NCBI RefSeq assembly: GCF_009914755.1
Contig: NC_060926.1
Reading direction: 5' to 3' (one strand)
Length of the DNA: 64,000 nucleotides
Origin: the human T2T-CHM13v2.0 reference genome, Homo sapiens
The notes below the pieces were generated by a model. That model had not been told where the DNA came from. It saw nothing but the letters and a program-made list of their open reading frames with translations, and made no database searches. Position numbers and translations under genes: made by a program. Below, in pieces: positions 1 to 13,370 of the stretch (position 1 is the first letter of the stretch; every line of letters begins with the position of its first letter).

Positions 1-860
1 GCTTACATAGAGTATCCTATATTTATAACAGTCTATTTTTTAGCTGATAACAACTTAACTTCAACCAAATTTTAAAAAACTACATTTCAACTTCCCTTCT
101 CCCCACATTTTATGTTACTAATGCCACAACTTACATCCATTACCAAATCTTGAGTGTTCATTACCAAATCATGTAGCTTCACTTTATTCATATACTTTTA
201 CCTTTTAACTGTCTTGTTAGAATTAAAAATTAGAATATTCTGAATTTCTCTATATTTTTACCTGCACACTGAATTTTATACTTTGGGTCAGGTTTTCATG
301 TTCTTAGCATCTTTTTATTTCAATTGAAGAAATTTCTTTAGCATTTCTTGTAAGGCAGGACTAGTGGCAATGAACTCCCACAGCTGTTGTATGTCTGGGG
401 AAGCCCTTATCTTTTCTTAATTTCTGTAGGACAGCCTTGCCAGGTATAATATTCTTGGTTGGCAGTTTTTTTTTATCTTTCAGTACTTTGAACATATCAT
501 CCTACTGTCTCCTGGCCTACAAGGTTCCTGCTGAGAAATTTACTGATAGTCTTATAAAAATTTCTTTGTATGTGACAAGTTGCTTTTCCTTTCTTATTAC
601 AAAATTCTCTGTTGAATTTTGAGAAACTGATTATGTCTTGTTAAAGATCTCTTTATATTTAATTCATTTGGGGTTATTTTTTCTTTATGGATCTGAACGT
701 TCATTTCCCTCTCTCCAGAGATGAAAAGTTTTCTGCCATTATTTATTTAAAAAATATTTATTTGTGCCCATTTATCTTTCTCTGCTCCTTCTGGTACACC
801 CAAAATGTATATTTTGCTTTGTTAAATGTTCCCAAAATTCTTGTAGAATTTCTCCACTCT
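1..860 (-). mobile_element. Old L1 (L1M-type) fragment, ORF1 3' half and inter-ORF region, antisense
   Basis: Antisense L1 ORF1 motifs, e.g. gcatttcttgtaaggcaggactagtggcaatgaactcc (~341) and tcctggcctacaaggttcctgctgagaaatt (~509); highly diverged. Confidence 0.8.
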
Positions 861-1059
861 TAAAAATACCTTTTATTAATATACATAAATGTGATGTTTT
901 GTTGGGTAATAATCTGTGATTCAGAAGAATTGGTATCATTTACTAAGCCCCTCCCAGACATTTTGATACCTACTACTATCAAAGCACTTGCTACACATAA
1001 GAAGGTGTAGCAGCTTTCTAGAGACCATTAAATGGAAAAACAAAACATTTTTTCTGCAA

Positions 1060-1300
1060 TAAGAATGTTTTTGAGTTTCTAAGAGCCAAAGATGTGGCAG
1101 AATAGAAGATAGGAACTGTTCCTGTCACTGAAATGTTCACAATCTAGTGGCTAAGTATTCAAATAATCAACAAAATATAATTTCCAGAGTCTCATTAGCC
1201 ATGTTGAAAGAATAAATAGGTCAATATAATAAAGAAGCAATAGAAAAGCATTCTTCATATACAGTTTGTCAGAGAAGACTGCTGTGAGGCAGCAAATATG
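1060..1300 (-). mobile_element. L2 relic
   Basis: gttcctgtcactgaaatgttcacaatctagtgg resembles the antisense L2 3' region. Confidence 0.4.
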
Positions 1301-1329
1301 CAATTTGTGAACCAAGAGGTAAAAGATGA

Positions 1330-2465
1330 GAAGCCACTTATTAAGTAAGGCCCTGATAATTCACAACCTTACTATTTCTCCCCAGGGATCCAGAGAACAC
1401 TGCCTTATTTTGGGCACCAAAAAATTGTATGTATGAGGAGAAACACTGACATGTTTGAGAAATTTGATGATGGCTATCATTTATCCCCAGTCCAGAGATG
1501 ATAGCAGAAAATGTCACCATCAAATTGGAATATAGAATTTCAGAAGAGTGGAGATCAGATAGAAAAATTTAAACAACAATCAGAGGTAGATAAAAAATCT
1601 TAGAAGACAACAATTGCATAAAGCAATCAGCAGAGTTTGACCTACAGAGATCTATGATGATTACTAATATATCATCGTGTTATGAAGGGAAAGATAGATG
1701 GACAATTAACCAGAATTTGCTTAATAATAATAATAGAAGAGCTGATAAAGAGAAGTCTCACTTTATCAAGTTTCCAAATTTAAGACAGGTCTCAGATTCT
1801 GAGCTCACTAATTAAAAAGAAGTTCGGATTCCCACTGAGGTGATTCTGCAAAGCAAATGCAGGATATAGGGTAAGTACAGCACTATGATGCTTTCCCAAG
1901 GAATCTGAGCCTATTTACAAGTGTAGCCATGCGCTATAGAAAAGGGGATATCTAGTCTTTTAAGGACTGTTAGATGTGGGATCTGAGATGAAATTAATAC
2001 AAGAGGGACTGAAACACTGTTAGAGTCTTCCTGTTACGGCAGTCTACATGAGTGTTGGATGGAGTTCATATCTTACTGATTTATAGGGTTCTCAGACACA
2101 CCCTGTAGTTATTTCCCTCTCTCCTGAGTATGTATTTCATAACCAGAAGCAGCTGCCTGATAGAACAAAGAGTAATAGAATACAGAGTGGCCTGTTTAAG
2201 GTTCAATCTTCCTTGCTCAAATGTCTCTGCCAGCACCATTCAAGGGCCCAATCCATTGTCATGGTGTCACATATATCACTGTAGGACTCCTATAACCACA
2301 AAAGTATATTATAACATAATAATCATGAAATTTATTGTTCTGTGTACACAGCTGCCCTGATATAATGGGGAAATTGCTTGTTGGGAGGTGAGCTAAGGTA
2401 CCAGCTCAATAACAACACCTTCAAGGTTGAGTGGCCATCTACTAAATAAGGTATATGCACTTGAG
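1330..2465 (+). mobile_element. ERVL/MaLR-class internal sequence: degraded gag, protease and integrase, RT/RNaseH absent
   Basis: ggactgttagatgtgggatctgagatgaaattaata (~1964) = GLLDVGSEMKLI, cf. ERVL protease GLLDTGSELTLI; acacaccctgtagttatttcc = THPVVIS; ccagaagcagctgcctgatagaa and cagctcaataacaacaccttcaagg...gtatatgcacttga match ERVL integrase (PEAAGLIE...QLGDNTLQG...VYALN). Confidence 0.75.
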
Positions 2466-2466
2466 G

Positions 2467-5400
2467 AGGTAAATAACGAAATGAAGGTAGAAATAAATTA
2501 GTTCTTTAAAACCAAAGAGAACAAAGACAAAATGTACCAGAATCTCTGCGACACAGCTAAAGCAGTGTTTAGAGGGAAATTTATAGCACTAAATGCCCAC
2601 AGGAGAAAGTAGGAAAGATCTAAAAATGACACCCTAACATCACAATTAAAAGAACTAGAGAAGCAAGAGCAAACAAATCCAAAAACTAGCAGAAGACAAG
2701 AAATAACTAAGATCAGAGTGAAACTGAAGGAGATAGACATATGAAAAACCCTTCAAAAATGAATCCAGGAGCTGGTTTTAGAAAAAATTAACAAAACAGA
2801 TAAACCACTAGTAAGACTAATAAAGAAGAAAAGAAAGAAGAATCAAATAGACACAATTAAAAACGATAAAGGGGATATCACGACTGATCCCACAGAAATA
2901 CAAATTGCCATCAGAGAATACTATAAACACCTCTATGCAAATAAACTAGAAAATCTAGAAGAAATGGATAAATTCCTAGACACATACACCCTGCCAAGAC
3001 TAAACCAGGAAGAAGTCAAATCCCTGAATAGAGCAATAACAAGTTCTGAAATTGAGGCAGTAATTGATAGTCTACCAACCAAAAAAAGCCTAGAAGCAGA
3101 TAGATTCATAGCTGAATTCTTCAAGAGGTATAAAGAGGAGCTGGTACCATTCCTTCTTAAACTATTACAAATGACAGAAAAAGAGGAACTCCTCCCTAAC
3201 ACATTTTATGAGGCCAGCATCATCCTGATACCAAAACCTGGCAGAGACACAACAAAAAAGAAAATTTCACGTCAATATCCCTTATGAACATCAATCCAAA
3301 AATCCTCAATAAAATACTGGCAAACAGAATCCAGCAGCACATCAAAAAGCTTAACCACCATGATCAAGTCAGCTTCATCCCTGGGATGTAAGTCTGGTTC
3401 AACATATGCAAATCAATAGACATAATCCATCACATAAACAGGACCAATGACAAAAACCACATGATTATCTCAACAGATGCAGAAAAGGCCTTCAACAAAA
3501 TTCAACAGCCCTTCATGTTAAAACCTCTCAATAAACTAGGTATTGGTGGACCGTATCTCAAAATAATAAGAGCTACGTATGACAAACACACAGCCAATAT
3601 CATACAAAATGGGCAAAAGCTGGAAGCATTGTCTTTGAAAACCAGCACAAGACAAGGATGCCCTCTTTCACCACTCATATTCAACACATTATTGGAAGTT
3701 CTGGCCAGGGCATTCAGGCAAGAGAAAGAAAGAAAGGGTATTCAAATAGGAAGAGAGGAAGTCAAAGTGTCTCTGCTTGGATTGACATGATTGTATATTT
3801 AGAAAACCCCATCGTCTCAGCCCCAAATCTCCTGAAGCTGATAAGCAACTCCAACAGTCTCAGGATTCAAAATCAATGTGCAAATATTAGAAGCATTCCT
3901 ATACACCAGTAACAGACAAATAGAGAGTGAAATCATGAGTGAACTCCCATTCACAATTGCTACAAAGAGAATAAAATACCTAGGAATGCAACTTACAAGG
4001 GATGTGAAGGACCTCTTCAAGGAGAACCATAAACCACTGCTCAAGGAAATAAGAGAGGGTACAAATGGAAAAACATTCCATGCTCATGTATAGGAAGAAT
4101 GAATATCATGAAAATGGCAACACTGCCCAAAGTTATTTGCAGATTCAATGCTATCCCCATCAAGCTACCATTGACTTTCTTCACAGAATTAGGAAAAACT
4201 ACTTTAAATTTCATGTGGAACCAAAGAAGAGCCTGTATAGCCAAGACAATCCTAAGCAAAAAGAACAAAGCTGGAGGCATCACGCTACCTGACTTCAAAC
4301 TATACTACAAGGCTACAGTAACCAAAACAGCTTGATACTGGTACCAAAACAGATATCTAGACCAATGGAACAGAACAGAGGCCTCAGAAATAATGCCACA
4401 CATCTACGACCATCTGATCTGTGACAAACCTGACAAAAACAAGCAATGGGGAAAGGACTCCCTATTTAATAAATGGTGTTGGGAAAACTGGCTAGCCATA
4501 TGCGGAAAACAGAAACTTGACCCCTTCCTTACACCGTATACAAAAATTAACTCAAGATGGATTAAAGACTTAAACTAAGACCTAAAACCATAAAAACCCT
4601 AGAAGAAAACCTAGGCAATACCATTCAGGACATAGGCATGGGCAAAGTCTTCATAACTAAAACACGAAAAGCAATGACAACAATAGCCAAAATTGACAAA
4701 TAGGATCTAATTAAACTAAAGCACTTCTGCATATCAAAAGAAACTATCATCAGAGTGAAAAGGCAACCTACAGAATGGGAGAAAATTTTTGCAATTTATC
4801 CAGCTGACAAAGAGCTAATATCCAGAATGTACAAAGAACTTAAACAAATTTACAAGAAAAATACAAACAACCCCATCCAAAAGTGGGCGAAGGATATGAA
4901 CAGACACTTCTCAAAAAAAGACATTTATGCACCAGCAAACATATGAAAAGAAGCTCATCATCACTGGTCATTAGAGAAATGCAAATCAAAACCACAATGA
5001 GATACCATCTCATGCCAGTTAGAATGGCTATCATTAAAAAGTCAGGAAACAACAGATGCTGGAGAGGATGTGGAGAAACGGGAATGCTTTTATACTTTTG
5101 GTGGGAGTATAAATTAGTTCAACCATTTTGGAAGACAGTGTGGCAATTCCTCAAGGATCTAGAACCAGAAATACCATTTGACCCAGCAATCCCACTGCTG
5201 GGTATATACCCAGAGGATTATAAATCATTTTGCCATAAAGACACATGCACACATATGTTTATTGTAGCACTGGTATCAATAGCAAAGACTTGGAACCAAC
5301 CCAAATGCCCATCAATGATAGAATGGATAAAGAAAATGTGGCACATGTACACCATGGAATACTATGCAGCAATAAAAAAGGATGAGTTCGTGTCCTTTGC

Positions 5401-5729
5401 AGGGACATAGATGAAGCTGGAAGCCATCATTCTCAGCAAACTTACACAGGAACAGAAAACCAAACACCTCATGTTCTCATTCATAAGTTGGAGTTGAACA
5501 ATGAGAACGCATGAACACAGAGAAGGGAACATCACACACTGGGGCCCGTCAGGGGGTAAGGGGCTAGGTGAGGGATAGTATTAGTAGAAATACCTAATGT
5601 AGATGATGGGTTGATGGGTGCAACAAACCATCATGGCATGTGTATACCTATGTAACAAACCTGCACATTCTATACATGTATTCTAGAACTTGAAGTAAAA
5701 TTAAAAAAAGAAATAAAAATAAAAATATA
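2467..5729 (+). mobile_element. 5'-truncated L1PA7-like LINE-1 (ORF2 from the end of EN, 3'UTR, A-tail), inactivated
   Basis: ORF2 peptide fragments in the ORF track ([27 protein letters not shown]-terminal region); RT FADD codons disrupted (~3775); 3'UTR tagatgatgggttgatgggtgcaacaaaccatcatggc is L1PA7/8-like; A-rich tail ~5697-5729. Confidence 0.93.
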
Positions 5730-6480
5730 AAGGATGAAAGCTAACAAGTGTTGGCAAGGATGTACACTCCTGGCAGCAATGTAAATTAGTACAGCCATTA
5801 TGGAAACAATGTGGAGTTTCCTCATAAAATTAAAAATAGCGCTGCCTAATGACCCAGCAATCCCACTGCAATCACATAACCAAAGAATATGAAATCACAA
5901 TGTCAAAGAGATATCTGCACTCCCACATTCATTGCAGCGTTATTTATAATAGCCAAGATATGCAATCAACCTAAGTGGCTATCAATGGATAAATGGATAA
6001 AGAAAATGTGGCGTATATTCACAATGGAATACTAGTCAGCCTTAAAATGAAGGAAATCTTGTCATTTGTGACAGCATAAATGAACCTGGAGGACATTATG
6101 TTAAGTGAATTAAGCCAGTCACAGAATGATACCTATCCCATTATCTCACTTATATGTGGAATCTAAAAAAGTCCAACTGAAAGAAGCATAGAGTAGAGTA
6201 GTGGTTTCCAGGGACTGATGGTGTGTCAGGGGACATTGGTTAACATATACAAAATTTCAGTTCAATAGGAGGAATAAAATTCAAGAGATGTTAGTTAATT
6301 ATAATATATTTAGCATTGAAAATCACTGAGGACATTTTGTTCTCACCACAAAAAAATGATGTATGTGAGATAATGCACATGTTAATTAGTTTGATGTAAG
6401 CCATTTCTATACATATTTCAAAACATGTTTTATTTCATAAATATATACACCATTTTTGTCAATCAAAATAAGTAAACTTT
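5730..6480 (+). mobile_element. L1MA (L1MA4/5-like) 3' end
   Basis: gagatatctgcactcccacattcattgcagc; tacaaaatttcagttcaataggaggaataaaattcaagagat; ttgttctcaccacaaaaaaatgat...gtgagataatgc are L1MA 3' motifs. Confidence 0.85.
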
Positions 6481-8799
6481 AAGAAATGTCCTGATGTGAT
6501 GAACAAATGCTACCACATTGGAACAACTCTCAATTCTAACAAGATTATGGACAACGTGTGTGTGTGTGTTTTTGAGTGATGTTGAAATTCACAGAAACTC
6601 CCATTTGACCAAATGCCACTTTACATCCACATTCTTTGATTTCCCTCAGATAAGAATCCTAAAGTCAAAGAGTTGGTATTATTGAGGTGCCTGAAAACCA
6701 ATAGGCATATTCCAAGCTTGGACCCTTTAAATTCTTTTTAACAGATGAACTCAGTCACCCCAGTGAGCTTTCAAATCCCTTGAGATTCTTTAAAATCATG
6801 GAAAGAATTTTGTTCTAAACCTTGCACATAGCATGCACTTAATAAATAAATAAATAATGAATTGAATGTCTGATCAGATTATGTATAACTGAACCTTCTG
6901 TCGATATTTCTTTAATCCCTGGACTCCAGTGGGGCTCACTGGGCTATCTACCACTGAACACCACCTGTCTCTCACCACTGAAGGGTGAGACTTATGCTTC
7001 TTTCTTAGGACTGGAATTTCTTCTCATCTGTGATGGCTCAGCGTCTACCAAGCATCACGTGTTCTCCAGTTAATATTTAAATAACTTTCTTTACTTTTCT
7101 ACTGGCCAACTCATTTAATTAGTAATTCAATGTGTATATGTGTGCTCCTTTATTTTTGACAAGATACAACTTTCTAGTAAAAGGTCCAAAATAAAAGACA
7201 GTTTTATAAATGTTGCACATCTCATTTATTTAATAAAAATTCACTAGATAGGAAATCAAAATGCATCATCATCCATTTGAACCCTATCTAATTTTGGCTC
7301 GGGTTGTAGATAACACAGTAAATGTAATTTGTCATCATAAATTTATGATTATTTAATCATATGAAACTTTTAGTTTATCTTGAGCAAACTTTATAGTAGT
7401 TTTAATACACAGGAGCCATCCCTGACAGATATGATGAAATAGATTTATCACTCTTGACAAATTATATTGCAAAATGTCCTCTCATGACTGCCCACAATGG
7501 AACTCACATTCCCATATTCAACAGGAAAGTCACCTGTGATTCTTATTTTATAAGCTTGTTTGGTGGCAATCTAAAACTGCTTTTCGGAGGGACTGTATTT
7601 AGAATGTACGATGGTTATATAAATAATTGTATGAATGAAGGAAACCTGTAGTCCTTTAAATCAAACTAAGTAGTGTTTTATTAAAGTGCTCAGCAAATCA
7701 ATCTAAATCCAAGGATAATAAAGCCCTAATCAGGTGGTAGGAAAAATAATAGGTTGTCATGCATGAGAAAAAATAGGCAATCATGAAATGTTTTCTTTAA
7801 TTAGGTCATGTAAAGTGGAGGAACTGAGTAGGTGCTGGCAAGACATTCATCATGAGCAAGGTGGGAAATTATTTAGATTACTAAGGAAGGAAAATTGAGT
7901 GTGATACACTTAGATTTGACTGGACAGAAAGTTAAAGCTTTTCTTCTTCACTATATGTACTATTTTAGTGGTGATAACTATTGACAGGTGTGGAATTTTT
8001 TTTTTTAAGCTGATTTCAGCCAGTTAGTCATCTAGTTGGCTAAGTCCTCATACGTTGCTTGTTATCTAATGATTTTAATTTCAGCAATGCTCTGGGCCAG
8101 TGAATGTGTTCCTCTGGCATTCTTACTGCAAAACTGCCTCTCACCTCCAATGGAATTTAGCTCCTAATAAACTTGAGATTGATTATTAAGCACTTCTCAT
8201 TTTCTTCTTAAACTGAAAGGAGTAATTAATACTAACTGGGATTGTTAGTACACTGCTCTGTACAGGGATACTGTTACAAATTACAAACATCAGTAGACAG
8301 ATTTCTTGTTAGACATTGTTGCCTTCACAGCTAAGAGTATTAAATACGTCTCTTTAAAAAGGCCTAATTTAGGGAATGTAATGACATGATTTCTAATATA
8401 TGCAGTATTGTGACAACCACCTTAGACAAAATTACATTTACCAAATTAAATCTGAGAACTCAGCCTTCACCATCCCAAATAGCATCATCAAACAATTGGA
8501 ACATCGTTGGCTTTATTTCTCTACTGTGCAAGTCATCTCTACATGTTTCCAGTGATACTGCTAATTAAAGACACTATGGTAATGCAATGGCGCTTCTGTA
8601 CTTCTTTTTACGTCTATCAACCATGCAGGGGAAACAAATATACCACAGAAATCTGAAAAGGTTTAGTTTTCCTAAATTATATTCATGGGGTTTATAATAA
8701 ACTAAGGAATGGCAAATGCTGCCAAACACACCTACAATATCTGTTGACAGACTTTCACTCATTAAGTCCAGATTTGACTTACGAATCTTTTTGGAGCAC

Positions 8800-9235
8800 T
8801 GCATAGTGTTTGTGCCTTGCCCATATTTCCCTGGCCCATTTCAGAGGTCAGATGGCACTTCTGTGGTCAGTTCCAGTATTTGTCAGAGGTTTCTGTGTCA
8901 AGCAACTGCTTCTAAGAAGATTGTTTGACCAGGGAACAGAGTAGGCCATAGTGCCAAGGTGTGACAATCCCAAGAGCATGCCAGAGAGACCACCCTTCCA
9001 CACTGAGAAATGAGGGCTGGTATTACTACCCAGACTCTACACCTCTCACAGCAACTTGTCTGAGTTGTATTCCTTAGAGTGCTTTAAGGGGTCTCTAGTG
9101 GGATTGAGCCCCAATTGCCCAGAGCAATAACTTCACATTAACTGAGCCCTTATTTGCTTACCTCCCTTCCCTTTCCTACTTCATCTGCCAAATACGCTAT
9201 TTGTTTCTGGGTCTGCTTCTGTGGCAGCTTCTCAA
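8800..9235 (+). mobile_element. LTR16A-like solo LTR (ERVL class)
   Basis: gtgggattgagccccaattgcccagagcaataac...cctcccttccctttcc...gggtctgcttctg matches the LTR16A 3' half. Confidence 0.7.
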
Positions 9236-10184
9236 CACAGAATTCTGGGCAGGGATTACCAATCACCATAGCTGCCTACAAGATGAGAATTCTCTGTCAA
9301 TGCAGCAGTAGGTATTGGCAATATTATAATCTGACTTCTACTCAAGCAGCAACAGACCGAATATTGATTTATTATTTTATTTCCTCCCACTCTGTCACAG
9401 TCATTTCTGTATAATTAATTACAAGACCAAATTATTTTGAGACTCTTTGTTTAGTTTGGCAAAGTCAAGCTACTATACTTATAAATTAGGTAGATACCTT
9501 ACAAACAAGCATCTCTTGCTTTTTATGGACAAGTTTTTACTGAAAATATTCCTCAGAGGGTAATTTACCAGAAGGACAAATTTCCCATTACTTTTAATTG
9601 AAGAAAAATCACTTATTCTTGAATTCCAAAACTGGCACCTATTATTTTTAAAATAGCTGGATACCCTAACTAGAGACAGTTATTTCAAAATTCAAATCAT
9701 CAAACATTTCCCTTTAATGAATTATGCTATTTATTGGTTTTCATTAAACACCTTTATAATTATTATAAATGATATATTTAATAGTATGCTAAAATAAAAC
9801 ATTTTAAAACTCACATAAATTAGTAAATATAAATCAATACAATAATGCATTTTGGATGACATAATGCACAATATTATTTTATAGACTAACCAGAATACTT
9901 TGAGAGGAGGCTGTAACAAAATATATACCTATTATAAAAGTGTTTAGGTGATTAATGTTATTGTGTTTCATGCGGGAAATCTAAATAATCTCTTTAAAAT
10001 GTAAAATAATTTTTAAAAAGCCTCAGAAGCCCAAGGTAAGGCTTAATGAAGCTCCTTGTACATTTGAATCTTGTAAACTACATTTGTTAGGAAAATAGCC
10101 AAACCTCAAGATGGGTAGACATTCCTGAAACTCGCTGACACAGTGTAGTTGTTTTTGTTTCCCATAGTATCTGAGCCTAACACA

Positions 10185-10362
10185 TGGATTCTTAAAGTTT
10201 AGATTTCATCAGAATCACCCAAGAAGTTTTGTAGAAATGTAAATTTCTAGCTTCAAAAAGCCCCAGGAAATCTCAAGCCAAACAAGTTACATATGTTTCT
10301 GCAAAAATCCCGGTTAAAAAATCTGATATAGACAGTCCACAGACAGAACTTTCAGAAAACCT
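10185..10362. mobile_element. MER5-type hAT-Charlie MITE
   Basis: ggattcttaaagtttag..catcagaatcaccc...ctgatatagacagtccacagacagaactttcagaaaacc. Confidence 0.55.
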
Positions 10363-11279
10363 AGTCAATTTAGTACTTAATCAATTATTGTTGAATTGAA
10401 ATTTAAATGTTCAAACAAGTTGACTATAAATAATTCTCACCTTGCTTAAGCAGGAAGAAATATAATATACTAAGATAAACATATTACATATTTTTCCACG
10501 GATCATACCAATCTATTGACAGTCAGTGGATGTGAGAATAATTAAACTACTACTTGCTGAAAAGCAGACTCTCATTAGCCTACTGGAGATTTGCAGAAGA
10601 TTGAAATCACAGTTTGGTCCCAGGAATGTGTACCATGTTCCATTACCTTCGGGTAATATTAAACTAACTTCATACTTGCATAGTTTTCATATTTCCATGT
10701 GCTGCCTGGCTGGATGTCAGCCTGAGTGCCAGCAAGGTCTCCTTGATTTAGTGGTTCAACAGGCCTGCCAAAGAGGTCCTATTGCCTCTCTTCCACCACT
10801 CATGAAGAACCAACCTACAAATCACTTGTCAGCAACTTTGATCTACCTTGTTTCAGGTGGTTTACTCTCTGTCTATTATTTCTGTTAAGAGACCCGTGAA
10901 AATTAAATACAGACCCTGCTGATGCTTGACTGACCCGGTGTTCCATCATAACAGCAGTGTAATAGCAATAAATCATTTCAACTTTAATCTATTGTTATTG
11001 ATGAATGTACAATTATTTGTCATCTAATATGCTGAAAATGATGACCAAAGAAATAGATCAACTTTTTTTCTTCCTCCAAGTGTGGCATTGATGGATTGTA
11101 TCCCTAAGCTGTTATTACACTTATAATGTACTCCTCTGCACTGACAGCACAGCTAGTTTTTTAATCATTCCATAGTAATCAACTTAAGACAACATAGCAA
11201 GACTCATAACTCATGTTCTTTTCTTTTTTGGCAGTGATGGGAAATGAAAATGTTTTTATTCTTTTGAAATAATTCTTAC

Positions 11280-11300
11280 CTGACTAGGCTGAAGATTGTT
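11280..11300 (-). other. Candidate 21-nt microexon
   Basis: Minus strand: gctcaat(branch-like)...catttatttacaattttAG|AACAATCTTCAGCCTAGTCAG|GTAAGA; length divisible by 3; lies in unique DNA. Confidence 0.25.
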
Positions 11301-12100
11301 CTAAAATTGTAAATAAATGGTTGTTTATTGAGCTGGAACTGAAATGTGACATATTAAAATGTCTCTTTCCAAAGGGGGGAAAAATATTATTTAGGCCTGA
11401 GTGGAGTGAGACAGTGAAAGTATTTTTTTTTTTTTCTTTAACTGGTTCATTGCTAACTCAATACTTTAAGAGAATATTTAAAAAGCAATGTATTGGGCAA
11501 AAATGCTATGGAGAAAATGACAATATTAAAATAAGAAACAATAATTCCTCTTAAAGCACTACTCTACTCTTCCGGCAGATGTTTCGCCAATCTTCTTGTT
11601 GGCTTCCATTACTAGCTCAGGTGGCTGATAATTTTTGCATAATGAACCACACACATCAGAAAGCAAACAGAAAATGATTCAACAAAAAATTGATTCAAGT
11701 TTATTCTTAATCCAAATGTTGGATTAAGCTAAATGGAAGGTTCAGCATGTGTGGGCCAAAAAGTGAATCAACTTTAATTTCTCTCATAATTTCTACTCAT
11801 GTCATGAAAATTTTTTCTTAAAAACCTTCTACTGAACTCTAATCTAAATATTTCTTGCTGCCACATATTCATAGGAATGATTTTCCCACAACTAAAAAAA
11901 ATTCTAAAGTACCATCACTGGGTGTAAGTGAACAAACTTTGATTTCCATACAGGGCCCTACTTTTAGGTCCTTACTAACTTTAGAACCGGTAAAAGCAAA
12001 CAAACAAACAAACAGCCATATCTTTAGGTTCTTAAAGATATACAGTTAGGATGTTTTGTAAATAGGAAATAGATGATAGCTTAATTAAATATAGCCTAAT

Positions 12101-12280
12101 GCAGTGGCACTCGAAGTGTAATTTATAGACCAGCAGCTCCAGCATTACCTGGGAACTTGTTATAATACAACTGTGTAGATCCCAACCTGCTAAATCTGAA
12201 TCTCTGGGGGAGGGCCTCAGGAAACAATTTTAGCAAGTCTCTAGATAATCCTGATGTATACAAAATTTAGGAAGCACTAA
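12101..12280. mobile_element. MER5A hAT-Charlie MITE
   Basis: cagtggcactcgaagtg...gaccagcagctccagcattacctgggaacttgtta...ctgaatctctggggg...aatttaggaagcact. Confidence 0.8.
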
Positions 12281-12368
12281 CTGTATAAGGCTCCCTCTAT
12301 TTTGTTATTTCTTACCTGTGAAAATTTCCAAGGTAGATATGGCAGGAGGACACTTCTACAGTTGGCCA

Positions 12369-12624
12369 GCATAAGGTAGTTATTGAGAGGATGACTCTGG
12401 AACCACCCTGCTTAAAATGTGTCTAAGTTTCTAGCGCACTATCTGTATGACCCAGGGGAATTTATTTACTATTTCTTTGCCTCAGTTTTCACACTGATAA
12501 AATGGAGATAAGAACAGTACTTACTTTCATAGCATTACTGAGAAAATCAATTAGCTAATAGATGTAAAAGGCTTAGATCAGCACCTAGCATGTAGTAAGC
12601 ACCCTATAAATACTAGCTATTAGC
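12369..12624 (+). mobile_element. MIR SINE, near full length
   Basis: core gcctcagttttcacactgataaaatggagataag and 3' end tgtaaaaggcttaga...agtaagcaccctataaatactagctatta. Confidence 0.85.
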
Positions 12625-13370
12625 AATACTCTTTTACCCAAGGTTGCAGAATATTTCTGTGGAAGTAAAAATGACTTGGAAAGGATAGTGACTTGAAGTA
12701 ACGTGGGTAGTTCCAATATTATGCCCTAAATAACGTTTTAAAGCTTCAAAAAGGTCCACTTGAAAATCATGTTTTACTCTTGCTGTATAGTTGAGAATAC
12801 ATGAAAATTAAAAAGGAAATAATTACCATTCTTTAATTAAGCTTGTCAAATTCCTGATTTACAAAAACAAATGAAGCAAAACAAAACTGGAATGACTTCA
12901 TGATTCAGATCACTACTACATATCACTTAAAAGGCACAACGCTCCAGTCTTAATCTAGTAATTACTTATGTTTTAACTTTCTCTGATATATCTGGTTATT
13001 CTGAAACGCTGGCCTCTGTTAGGGCAACATGATCATGGCTTTAAGATGTGACATTTTCTGTGGCCTGTTGCTGTTAATCTTCTTTTAGGGCAAAACTCCA
13101 GGCATGTAGGAAATAGTCAAATTGCAGTCTCATGAATTATGACTTCTGCTATCTTCTACTTGAAGTCTGGGTCTGTTATGGAGAGGAGCAGGAATGAACA
13201 ACACCACTGAATATTCTCAGAGGGAGTAGAAAGCTCTAACTGTCAAAATTGAGCCATAGAAGGTGCACTGAGTTACAAGCTGTTTTCTGCAATGGTAGGA
13301 GACAACTGGAGAGGCTCATAAGCAGAGGAGACTTACTGTAGCTACAGTGTAATAAATTACAGTCTACATG

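Noticed and set aside
2933-5410. ORF cluster on both strands
   Set aside because: Sense and antisense readings of degraded L1PA7 ORF2
10526-10888. 120-aa ORF in unique DNA
   Set aside because: GTG start, no recognisable domain or exon context; length within chance expectation
12310-12360. Minus-strand donor CAG|GTAAGA
   Set aside because: No convincing acceptor upstream
13335-13348. 14-bp perfect palindrome actgtagctacagt
   Set aside because: A few of this length are expected by chance in 64 kb
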